A DNA stretch of 64,000 nucleotides from Candidatus Cloacimonadales bacterium (GTDB lineage: Bacteria; Cloacimonadota; Cloacimonadia; Cloacimonadales; JAFGVF01), in NCBI GenBank assembly GCA_963662585.1, contig OY759729.1:288001-352000 (forward strand). Reading direction: 5' to 3'. Within the stretch, counting starts at the first letter, position 1; every line of letters begins with the position of its first letter. Shown one piece after another: positions 22,457-32,185 of this stretch. Position numbers and translations under genes: made by a program. Under the pieces are notes generated by a model, which was given only the letters and a program-made list of their open reading frames with translations, did no database searches and was not told where the DNA came from.

Positions 22457-23017
22457 TTATTCCTTATTATTTGTTTTTCCATTATTTCTAATATATTTTA
22501 TTACACTTAAATAATGTTCTTCATTTCTTATATATCTATCAAAATAATCTTCCATCCAAAATTTTCCATTACGATTTAAAACTTGATTTCCCTTGTTAGC
22601 AGTATATGATTTCCAACTATGGATAATTTTAGGTAAACTAAATCCAGAGTAAGGCTTTATCAAAACATGAACATGGTTAGGCATAATTATCCATTCAATC
22701 AAATCATATCTTTCTTGATCAAATCTCTCCAAGGTTCCTTTAACAATGTTGTAAATTAGTGGATTCTTTAAATAACATTCGCCATATCCATTATCTTCAT
22801 AAATATGGATTTTCCTTTCTAACTTAATATAATCATCACTATTTTTATCAATTTCACCTGTTATCAATAATTCATTCTTCCAGCGTAGTAAAACTTGTTT
22901 GGGTACTGAATCGTGTAATCTGAAAGTGACGAATTGATAAAGTTCATCATTATCATAATGTGGAAAATTTCCTCTTTTGTAATAACCTTTAATATCATCT
23001 TCTAAAAAATAACACAT
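22457..23017 (-). mobile_element. REP-associated tyrosine transposase (RAYT/TnpA-REP; HUH, Y1 family)
   Basis: RGNFPH, FVTFRL, IMPNHVH (HUH), SWKSYTA, FWMEDYFDRYIR, YIRNN (catalytic Tyr); palindromic repeats on both sides. Confidence 0.9.
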
Positions 23018-23090
23018 AACCTTATTCCTGTTTCTTTAATTTTATAATTAAATATATATTATCTTACTTCTAACCACAAGTAAGCTTACA

Positions 23091-23420
23091 TCTATTAATA
23101 AAACCTCTTATTGACGGATTGCGAACAACCTGTTCGCGATACTCCAAAGGTCTTTGGAGTAGAACTCTCTTGCAAGTATGCAAGATAATATTATCAAGCT
23201 GTGCTCAGCTTGTCGCATGCAAGGTGCATGCAATCCGACATGAAGAAGCTATTATCATGCTTTAAGATCTATTACTAAATCCTCTTATTGACGGATTGCG
23301 AACAACTTGTTCGCGATACTCCAAAGATTTTTGGAGTAGAACTCTCTTGCAAGTATGCAAGATAATATTATCAAGCTTTTGTACAGCTTATCGCATGCAA
23401 GGTGCATGCAATCCGACATA
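23091..23420. repeat. Two further copies of the 177-bp unit, same orientation, between RAYT and the valS 3' end
   Basis: Same hairpin series; second copy starts at 23271 and ends after GCAATCCGAC. Confidence 0.95.
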
Positions 23421-23444
23421 AGAGGTTAATTTTCTATATCACTA

Positions 23445-26096
23445 CTATTTCAAGCTTAAATATAGCTCTTTAACAGTATCTAATTTACCTTTTACTTCAT
23501 TAAACTTTTCTTTTTCTTTTTCTACAACTTCGGCTTTAGCATTTTGGATAAACTTTTCGTTTGAAAGTTTTCTTTCGATACCAGATAATTCTTTCTCAAG
23601 TTTTTCAATTTGTTTCTCGAGTTTTCCTTTCTCTTTATCTAAATCAACTAATCCCGTAAGTGGTAAATAAATCTCAATATTACGAACTACAGCTGCGATA
23701 GCTCCAGCAACTTTTTCACCATTAATGTTTAGATTCATCTTAGTTACTTTAGCTAATTTTGCAAAGTAATTCTGATAAGCATTAAAGAGCTCTTTTTGGC
23801 TTTCGTCAGCAACATTAACAGTAATTTCGATCTCGAGTCCAGGAGATAAGTTAACTTGCTTTCTCAAGTTTCTGATAGCAGTAATAGTCTCTTGAACAAA
23901 GTTCATGTTATCGTTGATAGAGTTATCAATCTTACTCTCATCTGCAAGAGGGAATTTAGCAATAATCAAGGCAGATTCATCCATTGGGAAATACTCTTTA
24001 ACTGTTTGCCAAACTTCTTCAGTAATGAAAGGCATTAGAGGATGAAGCAAACGCATAGATTCTTGTAAAACATCGAGTAAAACAAATTTAGCAGTTAGCT
24101 GTCCTTCTTTATCATTTTCATCATAGATTCTATCTTTAGAGAGCTCAATATACCAAGAGCAGTAGTCATTCCAAATAAACTGCATAAGAGTTTGGGCAGC
24201 ATCATTCTGTCTGAGGTTCTCATAATGATCAGTAACTTCTTTAATTACTTGATTTAATCTAGAATAGATCCAATTATCAGCTAATTCAAGCTTTAAATCT
24301 TCTCTCTTAGGTAAACCTTCTATCTTTTCAACATTCATCATGATATATCTAAAGGCATTCCAGATTTTGTTAGCAAAGTTTCTTCCTGTTTCGAGGAGAG
24401 CTTCAGAGTAATAACTATCTTGTCCTTTTGGAGTGTTGAAAATCATACCAAATCTTAAGGCATCTGCTCCAACTTCATCAATAATATTGATTGGATTTGG
24501 AGAATTACCAAGGGATTTAGACATCTTGCGTCCGATTTCATCTCTTACTATACCATGTAAGAAAACTGTATCAAAAGGTATCTTCTGTTCAAACTCCAAG
24601 GTAGCCATAATCATTCTAGCAACCCAGAGATAAATAATTTCGTGTCCAGTTACTAAAACATTAGTAGGCAAGAAGTAGTCTAGTTCTTTAGTCTTTTCAG
24701 GCCAACCTAAAGTTGAGAAAGGCCATAACCAAGAAGAGAACCATGTATCTAAAACATCTTCTTCCTGTCTTATGTTTGCACTTTGACATTTAGGGCACTC
24801 TGTAATCTCATCTTTAGTAACGATTATCTCACCACAATCATCACAGTAGAAGGCTGGGATTCTGTGTCCCCACCAAATTTGACGAGAAATACACCAATCT
24901 CTTACATTTTCCATCCAGTGCATATAAACTTTTGTCCAGCGTTCAGGTTGGAATTTAACTTGTCCATTACGAACAACTTCAATAGCAGGTTCAGCTAGTT
25001 CTTTCATAGAAACAAACCATTGGTCAGAGAGATAAGGTTCGATAACAGTATCGCAACGATAGCAATGACCTACCGCGTGTTGGTGATCTTGAGTCTTGAT
25101 AAGCAAATTATCAGCTTCCAGCATCTTAATTAATTTTTCTCTACAGGCATAACGGTCTAAACCAACAAAGTCTGGACCAGCTGTTTCATTCATAACACCA
25201 TGTTCGTCAATAACTAATATCTGAGCTAGGTTATGTCTTAATCCAACCTCAAAATCATTAGGGTCGTGAGCAGGAGTTATTTTTACACAACCACTACCAA
25301 ACTCTTTATCTACATAATCATCGGCAATAAGTGGAATTGTTCTGCCTGTATAAGGAAGGGTTAACTCTTTACCAACTAGATCTTTATATCTATCATCTTT
25401 AGGATTTACGGCAACAGCAACATCACCTAACATAGTTTCAGGGCGAGTAGTTGCTATCTCGATATAACCTGAGCCATCAGCATAAGGATATTTAATATGC
25501 CAAAGTTTGCCTGTTTCATCAGTATGTTCAACTTCATCATTTGCTAAAGCAGTTACACAACGAGGACACCAGTTGATAATTCTTTTTCCACGATAGATTA
25601 ATCCTTTATTATAAAGATGAATAAATACATCTTTAACAGCTTCTGATAAGCCTTCATCCATTGTGAATCTCTCTTTGGTCCAATCACAAGAACAACCTAA
25701 TTTCTTTAATTGCTCTATGATTATTCCACCCTTTTCCTGCTTGAACTCCCAAATCTTCTCAATTAAGGCATCGCGTCCGATTTCATGACGATTTGTTCCT
25801 TCTTTATGAAGATTCTTTTCAACAACATTTTGGGTAGCAATACCTGCATGGTCAGTTCCTGGAAGCCAGAGAGTTGGAACTCCAGTCATTCTCTTATATC
25901 GAATAAGAATGTCTTGAATTGTATTATTGAGAACATGTCCCATGTGGAGAATGCCAGTAACATTTGGAGGTGGAATTAAAATTGTGAAAGGTTTTTTTGT
26001 TTCATCTATTTCAGGGGTAAAATACCCTTTATCTGTCCACTCTTTATACCACTTCGCCTCGATAGTATTCGGTTCATATATTTTATTAATTTCCAT
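23445..26096 (-). CDS. valS: Valine--tRNA ligase
   Basis: PPPNVTG, HMGH, DHAGIATQ, WCISRQIWWGH, KMSKS, C-terminal coiled coil. Confidence 0.98.
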   Translation of the reverse strand: MEINKIYEPNTIEAKWYKEWTDKGYFTPEIDETKKPFTILIPPPNVTGILHMGHVLNNTIQDILIRYKRMTGVPTLWLPGTDHAGIATQNVVEKNLHKEGTNRHEIGRDALIEKIWEFKQEKGGIIIEQLKKLGCSCDWTKERFTMDEGLSEAVKDVFIHLYNKGLIYRGKRIINWCPRCVTALANDEVEHTDETGKLWHIKYPYADGSGYIEIATTRPETMLGDVAVAVNPKDDRYKDLVGKELTLPYTGRTIPLIADDYVDKEFGSGCVKITPAHDPNDFEVGLRHNLAQILVIDEHGVMNETAGPDFVGLDRYACREKLIKMLEADNLLIKTQDHQHAVGHCYRCDTVIEPYLSDQWFVSMKELAEPAIEVVRNGQVKFQPERWTKVYMHWMENVRDWCISRQIWWGHRIPAFYCDDCGEIIVTKDEITECPKCQSANIRQEEDVLDTWFSSWLWPFSTLGWPEKTKELDYFLPTNVLVTGHEIIYLWVARMIMATLEFEQKIPFDTVFLHGIVRDEIGRKMSKSLGNSPNPINIIDEVGADALRFGMIFNTPKGQDSYYSEALLETGRNFANKIWNAFRYIMMNVEKIEGLPKREDLKLELADNWIYSRLNQVIKEVTDHYENLRQNDAAQTLMQFIWNDYCSWYIELSKDRIYDENDKEGQLTAKFVLLDVLQESMRLLHPLMPFITEEVWQTVKEYFPMDESALIIAKFPLADESKIDNSINDNMNFVQETITAIRNLRKQVNLSPGLEIEITVNVADESQKELFNAYQNYFAKLAKVTKMNLNINGEKVAGAIAAVVRNIEIYLPLTGLVDLDKEKGKLEKQIEKLEKELSGIERKLSNEKFIQNAKAEVVEKEKEKFNEVKGKLDTVKELYLSLK

Positions 26097-26131
26097 TATT
26101 TCCTCTATATTTATCTTAATATTTTATTTAC

Positions 26132-26665
26132 TTAACTTAATTCTTTTCTTCTTTCTAGCTCTAGATTCAAAAAATAGTTCTGGGATATGAAAGGTAATTC
26201 CTTAATTTGACTAAGAGGGACCAATCGAGCATCTTCGGCATCGTCACCTGCCTTCAGCTCTCCTCCTACTACTTTCATGAGAAAACCGAAAGCTACAACC
26301 TTCTCATAAAATGGGTTTGGACTCATCTTGTAGCCAATTAAACGCACTACTTGCCCATCAAGACCTGTCTCTTCTTTCATTTCGGCAATAGCAGCAGTTT
26401 CAGGAGTTTGATCAATCTCCATATAACCACTTGGGAAAGCCCATTTACCAGCTGATGGTTCAAATTTTCGTTTAATAAGAACAATTTCATCCTTGTCATT
26501 GATGATTAAACAACAAACCACAGGGATGGGATTTTTATAAAATATCCATCCACAGGAAGGGCACTCAGGTCTTATCTTACCTTCTCTGTCTGTTTCTATC
26601 TCTAATTTATGCCCACATTTGAGGCAAAAATTGATTCCTTTATATCTCTCTTCATTTACTGTCAT
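26132..26665 (-). CDS. NUDIX hydrolase with N-terminal zinc ribbon
   Basis: CLKCG..CPSCG; Nudix box G-x5-Q-x7-AEMKEETG. Confidence 0.88.
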   Translation of the reverse strand: MTVNEERYKGINFCLKCGHKLEIETDREGKIRPECPSCGWIFYKNPIPVVCCLIINDKDEIVLIKRKFEPSAGKWAFPSGYMEIDQTPETAAIAEMKEETGLDGQVVRLIGYKMSPNPFYEKVVAFGFLMKVVGGELKAGDDAEDARLVPLSQIKELPFISQNYFLNLELERRKELS

Positions 26666-26833
26666 TATTACTCCTATTTATCAAGATAACCATTTTATAA
26701 AGCGTAATCGTGTCAAGAATTTATTGTGGTAAGTGATATTACTTGAGTTGAGAGAGTGATTATATCCAAAAAAGAATTTGACTTTTATCACAAGGAAATT
26801 AAATTTGTAAAAAATATTTTTAAGGAGTGATTT

Positions 26834-27154
26834 ATGTTCCCAGGTGGAAATATGAAACAGCTTATGAAAAAAGCTCAGAAGATGCAGAAAGACCTTTTAA
26901 AGGCTCAAGAAGAGATGGAAAGCAAGTTATTCCCTGCAACTTCAGGTGGCGGAATGGTTAAAATTGAAATGAATGGAAAATATGAAGTAAAATCAATTAA
27001 AATAGACCCAGAAGTAATTGACCCTGATGATGTTGAAATGTTAGAAGATTTAATCTTAGCTGCTTTAAAAGATGGCTTTGAACAAGTTGCTAAAAACAGC
27101 GAATCATCTATGTCTGATATCACTGGTGGCATGAAAATACCAGGTTTATTCTAA
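26834..27154 (+). CDS. ybaB: YbaB/EbfC nucleoid-associated protein
   Basis: MKKAQKMQ, SGGGMV, DVEMLEDLI; upstream of recR. Confidence 0.92.
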   Translation: MFPGGNMKQLMKKAQKMQKDLLKAQEEMESKLFPATSGGGMVKIEMNGKYEVKSIKIDPEVIDPDDVEMLEDLILAALKDGFEQVAKNSESSMSDITGGMKIPGLF

Positions 27155-27164
27155 ACTTTTTAAG

Positions 27165-27764
27165 ATGATAAAAGTTATTGATGATTTAAAAGATGCTTTA
27201 AAGACTTTGCCGGGCATTGGAGAGAAAAGTGCTCAACGCCTGGCACTTCATATTCTTTCTCAGGAAAAGACTAATTCGCAATTGTTAGGAGAAGCAATCC
27301 TTAATTCTATTGCCCTAATAGATAATTGTCATGTCTGCAATATGCTAACAGATACGAATCCTTGCCTCTTCTGTTCAGATCCAAACCGGAATGATAAACA
27401 GCTCTGTATTGTTGAACATACAGCAGATGTGTTCATGTTAGAATCTACTGGAGAATTTTATGGTAAGTATTTTGTCTTGAGCAACTTACTCTCACCTATT
27501 GATGGTATTGGCCCTGAGGATATTCATATTGAAGATTTACTTTCTAGAATTAATGATTATGATGTTGAAGAAGTGATTATAGCCTTGAGTCCATCTGTTG
27601 AAGGTGAGACAACTATCTCATATATCGCAGATAGATTAGCAAATTGGCCAGGCAAAACAAGTAGATTATCTACCGGTATCCCTTTTGGTGGTGATTTAGA
27701 ATATTCTAACAAAATTACTATTGCCAATGCGCTAAAACATAGATTTAATATGAATAGTAGGTAA
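27165..27764 (+). CDS. recR: Recombination mediator RecR
   Basis: LPGIGEKSAQR HhH, C4 zinc finger, TOPRIM EGETT, GIPFGGDLEY. Confidence 0.95.
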   Translation: MIKVIDDLKDALKTLPGIGEKSAQRLALHILSQEKTNSQLLGEAILNSIALIDNCHVCNMLTDTNPCLFCSDPNRNDKQLCIVEHTADVFMLESTGEFYGKYFVLSNLLSPIDGIGPEDIHIEDLLSRINDYDVEEVIIALSPSVEGETTISYIADRLANWPGKTSRLSTGIPFGGDLEYSNKITIANALKHRFNMNSR

Positions 27765-27768
27765 AAAA

Positions 27769-28413
27769 ATGTTCACTGGAATAATTGAAGAAATTGGAGA
27801 AATTAAAGAGATTAGTCATCAAGATGGGAAAAGATATCTTACTATAACAAGTCAAAGAATCAACACTGATTTAAAAATTGGTGATTCAATAGCTTGTAAC
27901 GGGATCTGTTTAACCCTAACTCACTTTACTACAAGTACTATTACTGTGGAAGTGATGAATGAGACTATCTCCAAAACAACAGTAAAACAATGGAATATTG
28001 GTTGTAAAATCAATTTAGAGAGAGCTTTAAAATTTAATAGCAGATTAGATGGGCATATAGTTCAAGGACATGTTGATACAATTACTAATATAATTTCAGT
28101 TAATGAAGTTAATAAAACCCGTTATTTAAAACTCAATCTTCCCAATGAATTTGCTGAATTAGTAGTTCCCCAAGGTTCTATAGCTATCAATGGGGTAAGT
28201 CTTACTGTTGCAAAATTAGATTTTTCTTCTCTACAAGTTGCTTTAATCTCTTTAACAGAAAATCTTACAAACCTCTCCCTCCTTACAAGTGGTGATTTGG
28301 TAAATATAGAATTTGATATTATAGGTAAATATATTCTACGCAAGAATAGTATCTCCTCAGCTCAACCTAAATCTAAGATTTCGCAAGCGTGGCTCAATGA
28401 ACAAGGCTTTTAA
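27769..28413 (+). CDS. ribE: Riboflavin synthase (alpha chain)
   Basis: MFTGII start, GDSIACNGICLT, GHIVQGHVD, GSIAINGVSLT, NIEFD. Confidence 0.95.
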   Translation: MFTGIIEEIGEIKEISHQDGKRYLTITSQRINTDLKIGDSIACNGICLTLTHFTTSTITVEVMNETISKTTVKQWNIGCKINLERALKFNSRLDGHIVQGHVDTITNIISVNEVNKTRYLKLNLPNEFAELVVPQGSIAINGVSLTVAKLDFSSLQVALISLTENLTNLSLLTSGDLVNIEFDIIGKYILRKNSISSAQPKSKISQAWLNEQGF

Positions 28414-29677
28414 ATTACTTTTACTTAGTTCTTTACTCATCTTTGGATGTGGAAAAGCTAAGAGTCCTACTGGAGGTCCAGAAGATAGAGAAGCTCTCAA
28501 AATAGAATCCATATTTCCTGATCATTATGCTTCCATTAGTGAGAAAAAAGTAGAAATTAACTTTAACAAAGAAGTAGATAAAAGATCAGCACAAAGTGCT
28601 TTCCGTTTTTATCCTTCCATAGAAAATCTAAAAATCAAAACTGATGATCAACAGATAAGCTTAATCATTGAAGAAGATTTATTAGCTGACCGAAATTATT
28701 ATTTAACAATCTCTAAAGTACTTAAAGACACCCGCAATAACTATTTGCAGGATAACATAACCTATACTTACAGTAATGGTAAGCTTCATGACTCCAAACT
28801 CTTTGGAGATATTATCTATGATAAAGATGAAGACAAAGAACTTGATAAAAAATTAATATTGTTAGACCAAGATTCTGTTACAGTTTTCGTTAAGAACTTC
28901 TCAGGTGATTTTTATGATATTGATGGCCTAGAACACAGACCTTATATTCTAAGATCATATATTGATAAGAATAATAATGGTCGATATGATATTGAAAAAG
29001 AACCTTATTTTGAGAAGTATATAGATTCATTAAAGACTGAAAATGCAGATATTTTACTTAGCTATGTTGATACTTCCAAAGTTGTTGCTAAAAATGTTAC
29101 AGCTCTTAGTAATAATCTAATTAGAGTTACCTTCTCAGAGGAGTTAACGAAATGGGATTCTTTAACTATTATATGTGATGCTGATACTAGCGAATTCTCT
29201 CATTACACAACTGTCTTGCAAGGCGATAAAGTCTCAGTTGTTACAGCATTTCAAGATACTCTTGATTATAAAATATCATTCTATAACTTAGTAGATTTAA
29301 ATGAGAATGTTACTCCAGTTTCAGCACTTACATTTTCTGGTTCTACTTATCAAGATACTCTAAATCCTACAATTTTAGAAGCTGAACCTAAAAATGGTTC
29401 TACTGTAAAAGATAGAGACCCTTTCTTTTTAATAACTTTTGATAAGATAATCCTACAAAAAGACATTATTGCTAGTCTAAAAGAAAATGAAACAAACACC
29501 TTAGTGGACTTACATATTTTTGAGAGTAACTCCTATAAGGCCTTAATTAAACCTAAGAAAGCTCTAAAGAACTTTAATAGTTACACCTTTACTATTTCCC
29601 AAGAGACTAAAGATTTTAATGGTAATAAGTTATTAGAAGATTACGAAATTAACTTCATGGTAACTGCCTCAGAATAG
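28397..29677 (+). CDS. Lipoprotein with Ig-like (Big_5-type) domains
   Basis: Lipobox LIFGC followed by PTGGPED; repeated I/V-x-F-x-K/E and D-x-x-(G)N Ig-like patterns. Confidence 0.65.
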   Translation: MNKAFKLLLLSSLLIFGCGKAKSPTGGPEDREALKIESIFPDHYASISEKKVEINFNKEVDKRSAQSAFRFYPSIENLKIKTDDQQISLIIEEDLLADRNYYLTISKVLKDTRNNYLQDNITYTYSNGKLHDSKLFGDIIYDKDEDKELDKKLILLDQDSVTVFVKNFSGDFYDIDGLEHRPYILRSYIDKNNNGRYDIEKEPYFEKYIDSLKTENADILLSYVDTSKVVAKNVTALSNNLIRVTFSEELTKWDSLTIICDADTSEFSHYTTVLQGDKVSVVTAFQDTLDYKISFYNLVDLNENVTPVSALTFSGSTYQDTLNPTILEAEPKNGSTVKDRDPFFLITFDKIILQKDIIASLKENETNTLVDLHIFESNSYKALIKPKKALKNFNSYTFTISQETKDFNGNKLLEDYEINFMVTASE

Positions 29678-29715
29678 ACTTTACAAAATTCACTATAATA
29701 ATATTAAGAGATAAA

Positions 29716-30609
29716 ATGAAGATTATTGAAGAAATAGAACTTTCAGACCTCAATGAGCAAAGCAGATTAAGTGATCTTGCTTTTCAAATATTTTCCTATC
29801 TACATAGTCGTAAAGCTCTAACTAAAGCAATTAAACGAGGTGATATTCTCATCAATGGTAAGCGTGGTTATACTGCTGATTTCGTTAAAAATAATGATAT
29901 TATTACAGTAATTGAACAAGAAGATTTAACCTATAAGCCATACAAGAAAAAGCTTGAAATAATCTTCGAAGATGATTATCTAGCAGTAATTAACAAACCT
30001 GCTGGTATTGATGTTAGTGGAAATAAATTTAGAACTATCGAGAATATGGCTCTCTCGAATATTCAGTTAAATAAAGGAAATGATGGACTAAAGAAACTTA
30101 GACCTGTTCATCGTTTAGACAATCAAACTTCTGGTCTACTACTAATAGCCAAAACTTCAATCTCTCTAATAGAACTTTCCCACCAATTCCAGTCTCGAGA
30201 AATAACTAAGAAATATCATGCTATTGTTATAGGGCATCTTCCTCTTGAAGGTGAGATTAACACTCCAATTAGAGACATGGAGTCCTTAACACGCTATAAG
30301 ACAATAAGACATTGCCCTTCTCTAAAGGTTGGGGAAATTAGCTTAGTAGAACTTAGCCTACTCACAGGGAGAACTCACCAGTTAAGAATTCACTTAGCTG
30401 GAATAGGATTTCCAATATTAGGAGATAAACTATATGGAAATCAAGATTTGATTCTTGCTGGAAAAGGATTGTTTCTGACAGCCTCAGAATTATCTTTTAA
30501 GCACCCGATTACAAAAGAAATAATGGATTTCAAACTAGCCTTACCTCATAAATTCCAAGCTCATTTGGAAAGAGAAGAAAGAAGATATAAGAAATATAAT
30601 TCTGTCTAG
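29716..30609 (+). CDS. RluA/RluD family pseudouridine synthase with S4 domain
   Basis: INKPAG, VHRLDNQTSGL, TGRTHQLRIH, ILGDKLYG. Confidence 0.92.
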   Translation: MKIIEEIELSDLNEQSRLSDLAFQIFSYLHSRKALTKAIKRGDILINGKRGYTADFVKNNDIITVIEQEDLTYKPYKKKLEIIFEDDYLAVINKPAGIDVSGNKFRTIENMALSNIQLNKGNDGLKKLRPVHRLDNQTSGLLLIAKTSISLIELSHQFQSREITKKYHAIVIGHLPLEGEINTPIRDMESLTRYKTIRHCPSLKVGEISLVELSLLTGRTHQLRIHLAGIGFPILGDKLYGNQDLILAGKGLFLTASELSFKHPITKEIMDFKLALPHKFQAHLEREERRYKKYNSV

Positions 30610-30789
30610 GAGAAGATAATTACTTATTCCCTATAAGATTGGCAGTAAAATGAAGATTTGAGCTTTAGGTCAAACTCTATAATCCTCTATAATAAACTTT
30701 CTTCTCAACTCACAATTCTTAATTAGTTTTATTATTTATTGCTTTTCTAACTTATTGTTATATAATATTTAAAAAGGGAGGAAATAGTT

Positions 30790-31095
30790 ATGATTTTAAC
30801 TTTCGGAACTGTTTTAAGTATTTTGATAATCCTATTCAGTTTGTTTATGGATATACCAGGAGATTATATATTAATAGCTAAAGGAATCGTGTTTTTAACT
30901 GCAGCTTATAGGATATATGAGTATATTCTAGCACAACATTGGGAATGGGTATTACCTTTTTTCCTTTTAATATTATACATAAACCCATTCTTCACATTTC
31001 CTATTGCTGAAATGACTCATGGCTATATAATAAATCTGATATTAAAATCTTCTTCAATCTTCCTTTTAGGCTATAGTTTCAATCATATTAGATAA
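30790..31095 (+). CDS. Small hydrophobic membrane protein
   Basis: GGAGG RBS; 3-4 hydrophobic segments. Confidence 0.55.
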   Translation: MILTFGTVLSILIILFSLFMDIPGDYILIAKGIVFLTAAYRIYEYILAQHWEWVLPFFLLILYINPFFTFPIAEMTHGYIINLILKSSSIFLLGYSFNHIR

Positions 31096-31839
31096 TTAAG
31101 CTGGAATAATTTCTCTTCCCTCTTCTTTCATAAAAGCTTTCTTTAGCTCGTTAAAAGTTGCTTCTTCTAGACGGGCAAAACAAGACCCTGTTCCCATATC
31201 ATTTAGATAATGAGCATCAGAATTTCTTATCACTGTCAGACCTGCTAGATAGCTGTTATCAGCAAGAAAGGATTTAATGTCGCATCTTGCAGTAATGCCT
31301 ACCCCATCGATTGAGAGATTTGAGGGAAGAAAACCAAGTTGAGAAATTACTGAGTTTGTTTGAGCATCGATATGAGCTGGAAAGCAAATAGAATTAAACT
31401 CTTTGACCTTACTAACTGTTGTTTCGAAATCCCAGACCACAGAATTAATTAAAGCTCTCTCTTCAATACCAATAATATTCTCATCTTTATCAACTATCAC
31501 TTGGTCGCCAAAATAATCAGGATTATTTTCAATAGGAAGAAGAGCTTCATATACTTGTTCATCAAACTTCATTGCTTCAGCAAGATCAGCAAAAAGAGCA
31601 ATTACATGAATCTCTTCCATAGTTTGTATTTCTATTCCACAAATCACAACTAGTCCCTGCTTTTTACCTAACTCATAATAAGCCTGGCAATTCTTACAAG
31701 TATTATGGTCAGTTATAGCTATAATATCTAATCCCAGTTCCTTAGCTCGTTCTATAACAGCTACAGGAGACATTTCTAGGCCTCCACAAGGAGAAAGAAC
31801 TGTGTGATTATGGAGATCTATCTTATACTTCTTGAGCAT
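31096..31839 (-). CDS. PHP domain phosphoesterase
   Basis: DLHNHT, AITDHN, GIEI, HVI, PAHID, NSDAH. Confidence 0.9.
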   Translation of the reverse strand: MLKKYKIDLHNHTVLSPCGGLEMSPVAVIERAKELGLDIIAITDHNTCKNCQAYYELGKKQGLVVICGIEIQTMEEIHVIALFADLAEAMKFDEQVYEALLPIENNPDYFGDQVIVDKDENIIGIEERALINSVVWDFETTVSKVKEFNSICFPAHIDAQTNSVISQLGFLPSNLSIDGVGITARCDIKSFLADNSYLAGLTVIRNSDAHYLNDMGTGSCFARLEEATFNELKKAFMKEEGREIIPA

Positions 31840-32183
31840 TATTTCTGATACAATAATTGATACAATACTCCAGCAGCATCGAAGACAGGTAAAGATGTTT
31901 TAATTAAAACAATTCCCTCTTCTGTTGCTTTATCAATAACAGCTTTTTCAGGTGTAGTATTTTTTCCAAAAACAATACATGGTATATCGGCCATTGAAGC
32001 CACAGCAATTACATTCATGTGACGCATGATAGTGAACCATGCCATGTTATCCTTAGCAGAACCCATGACATCTGATAATAGGTCTGATACATAACCAGTG
32101 CTAAGCTGAACTGCTTCAACAGAAACTTCTGGATTTAATACTTCGTGGTCAATATTCTTTAAATAATCTTGTAAATTTATCAT
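31839..32183 (-). CDS. DRTGG-like domain protein
   Basis: GYVSDLLSDVM; paralog of 33980..34327. Confidence 0.75.
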   Translation of the reverse strand: MINLQDYLKNIDHEVLNPEVSVEAVQLSTGYVSDLLSDVMGSAKDNMAWFTIMRHMNVIAVASMADIPCIVFGKNTTPEKAVIDKATEEGIVLIKTSLPVFDAAGVLYQLLYQK

Positions 32184-32185
32184 TA

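Noticed and set aside
22457..23017. IS200/IS605 insertion sequence
   Set aside because: No tnpB is present, the motifs fit RAYT better, and the flanks are multi-copy repeats rather than single left and right end hairpins.
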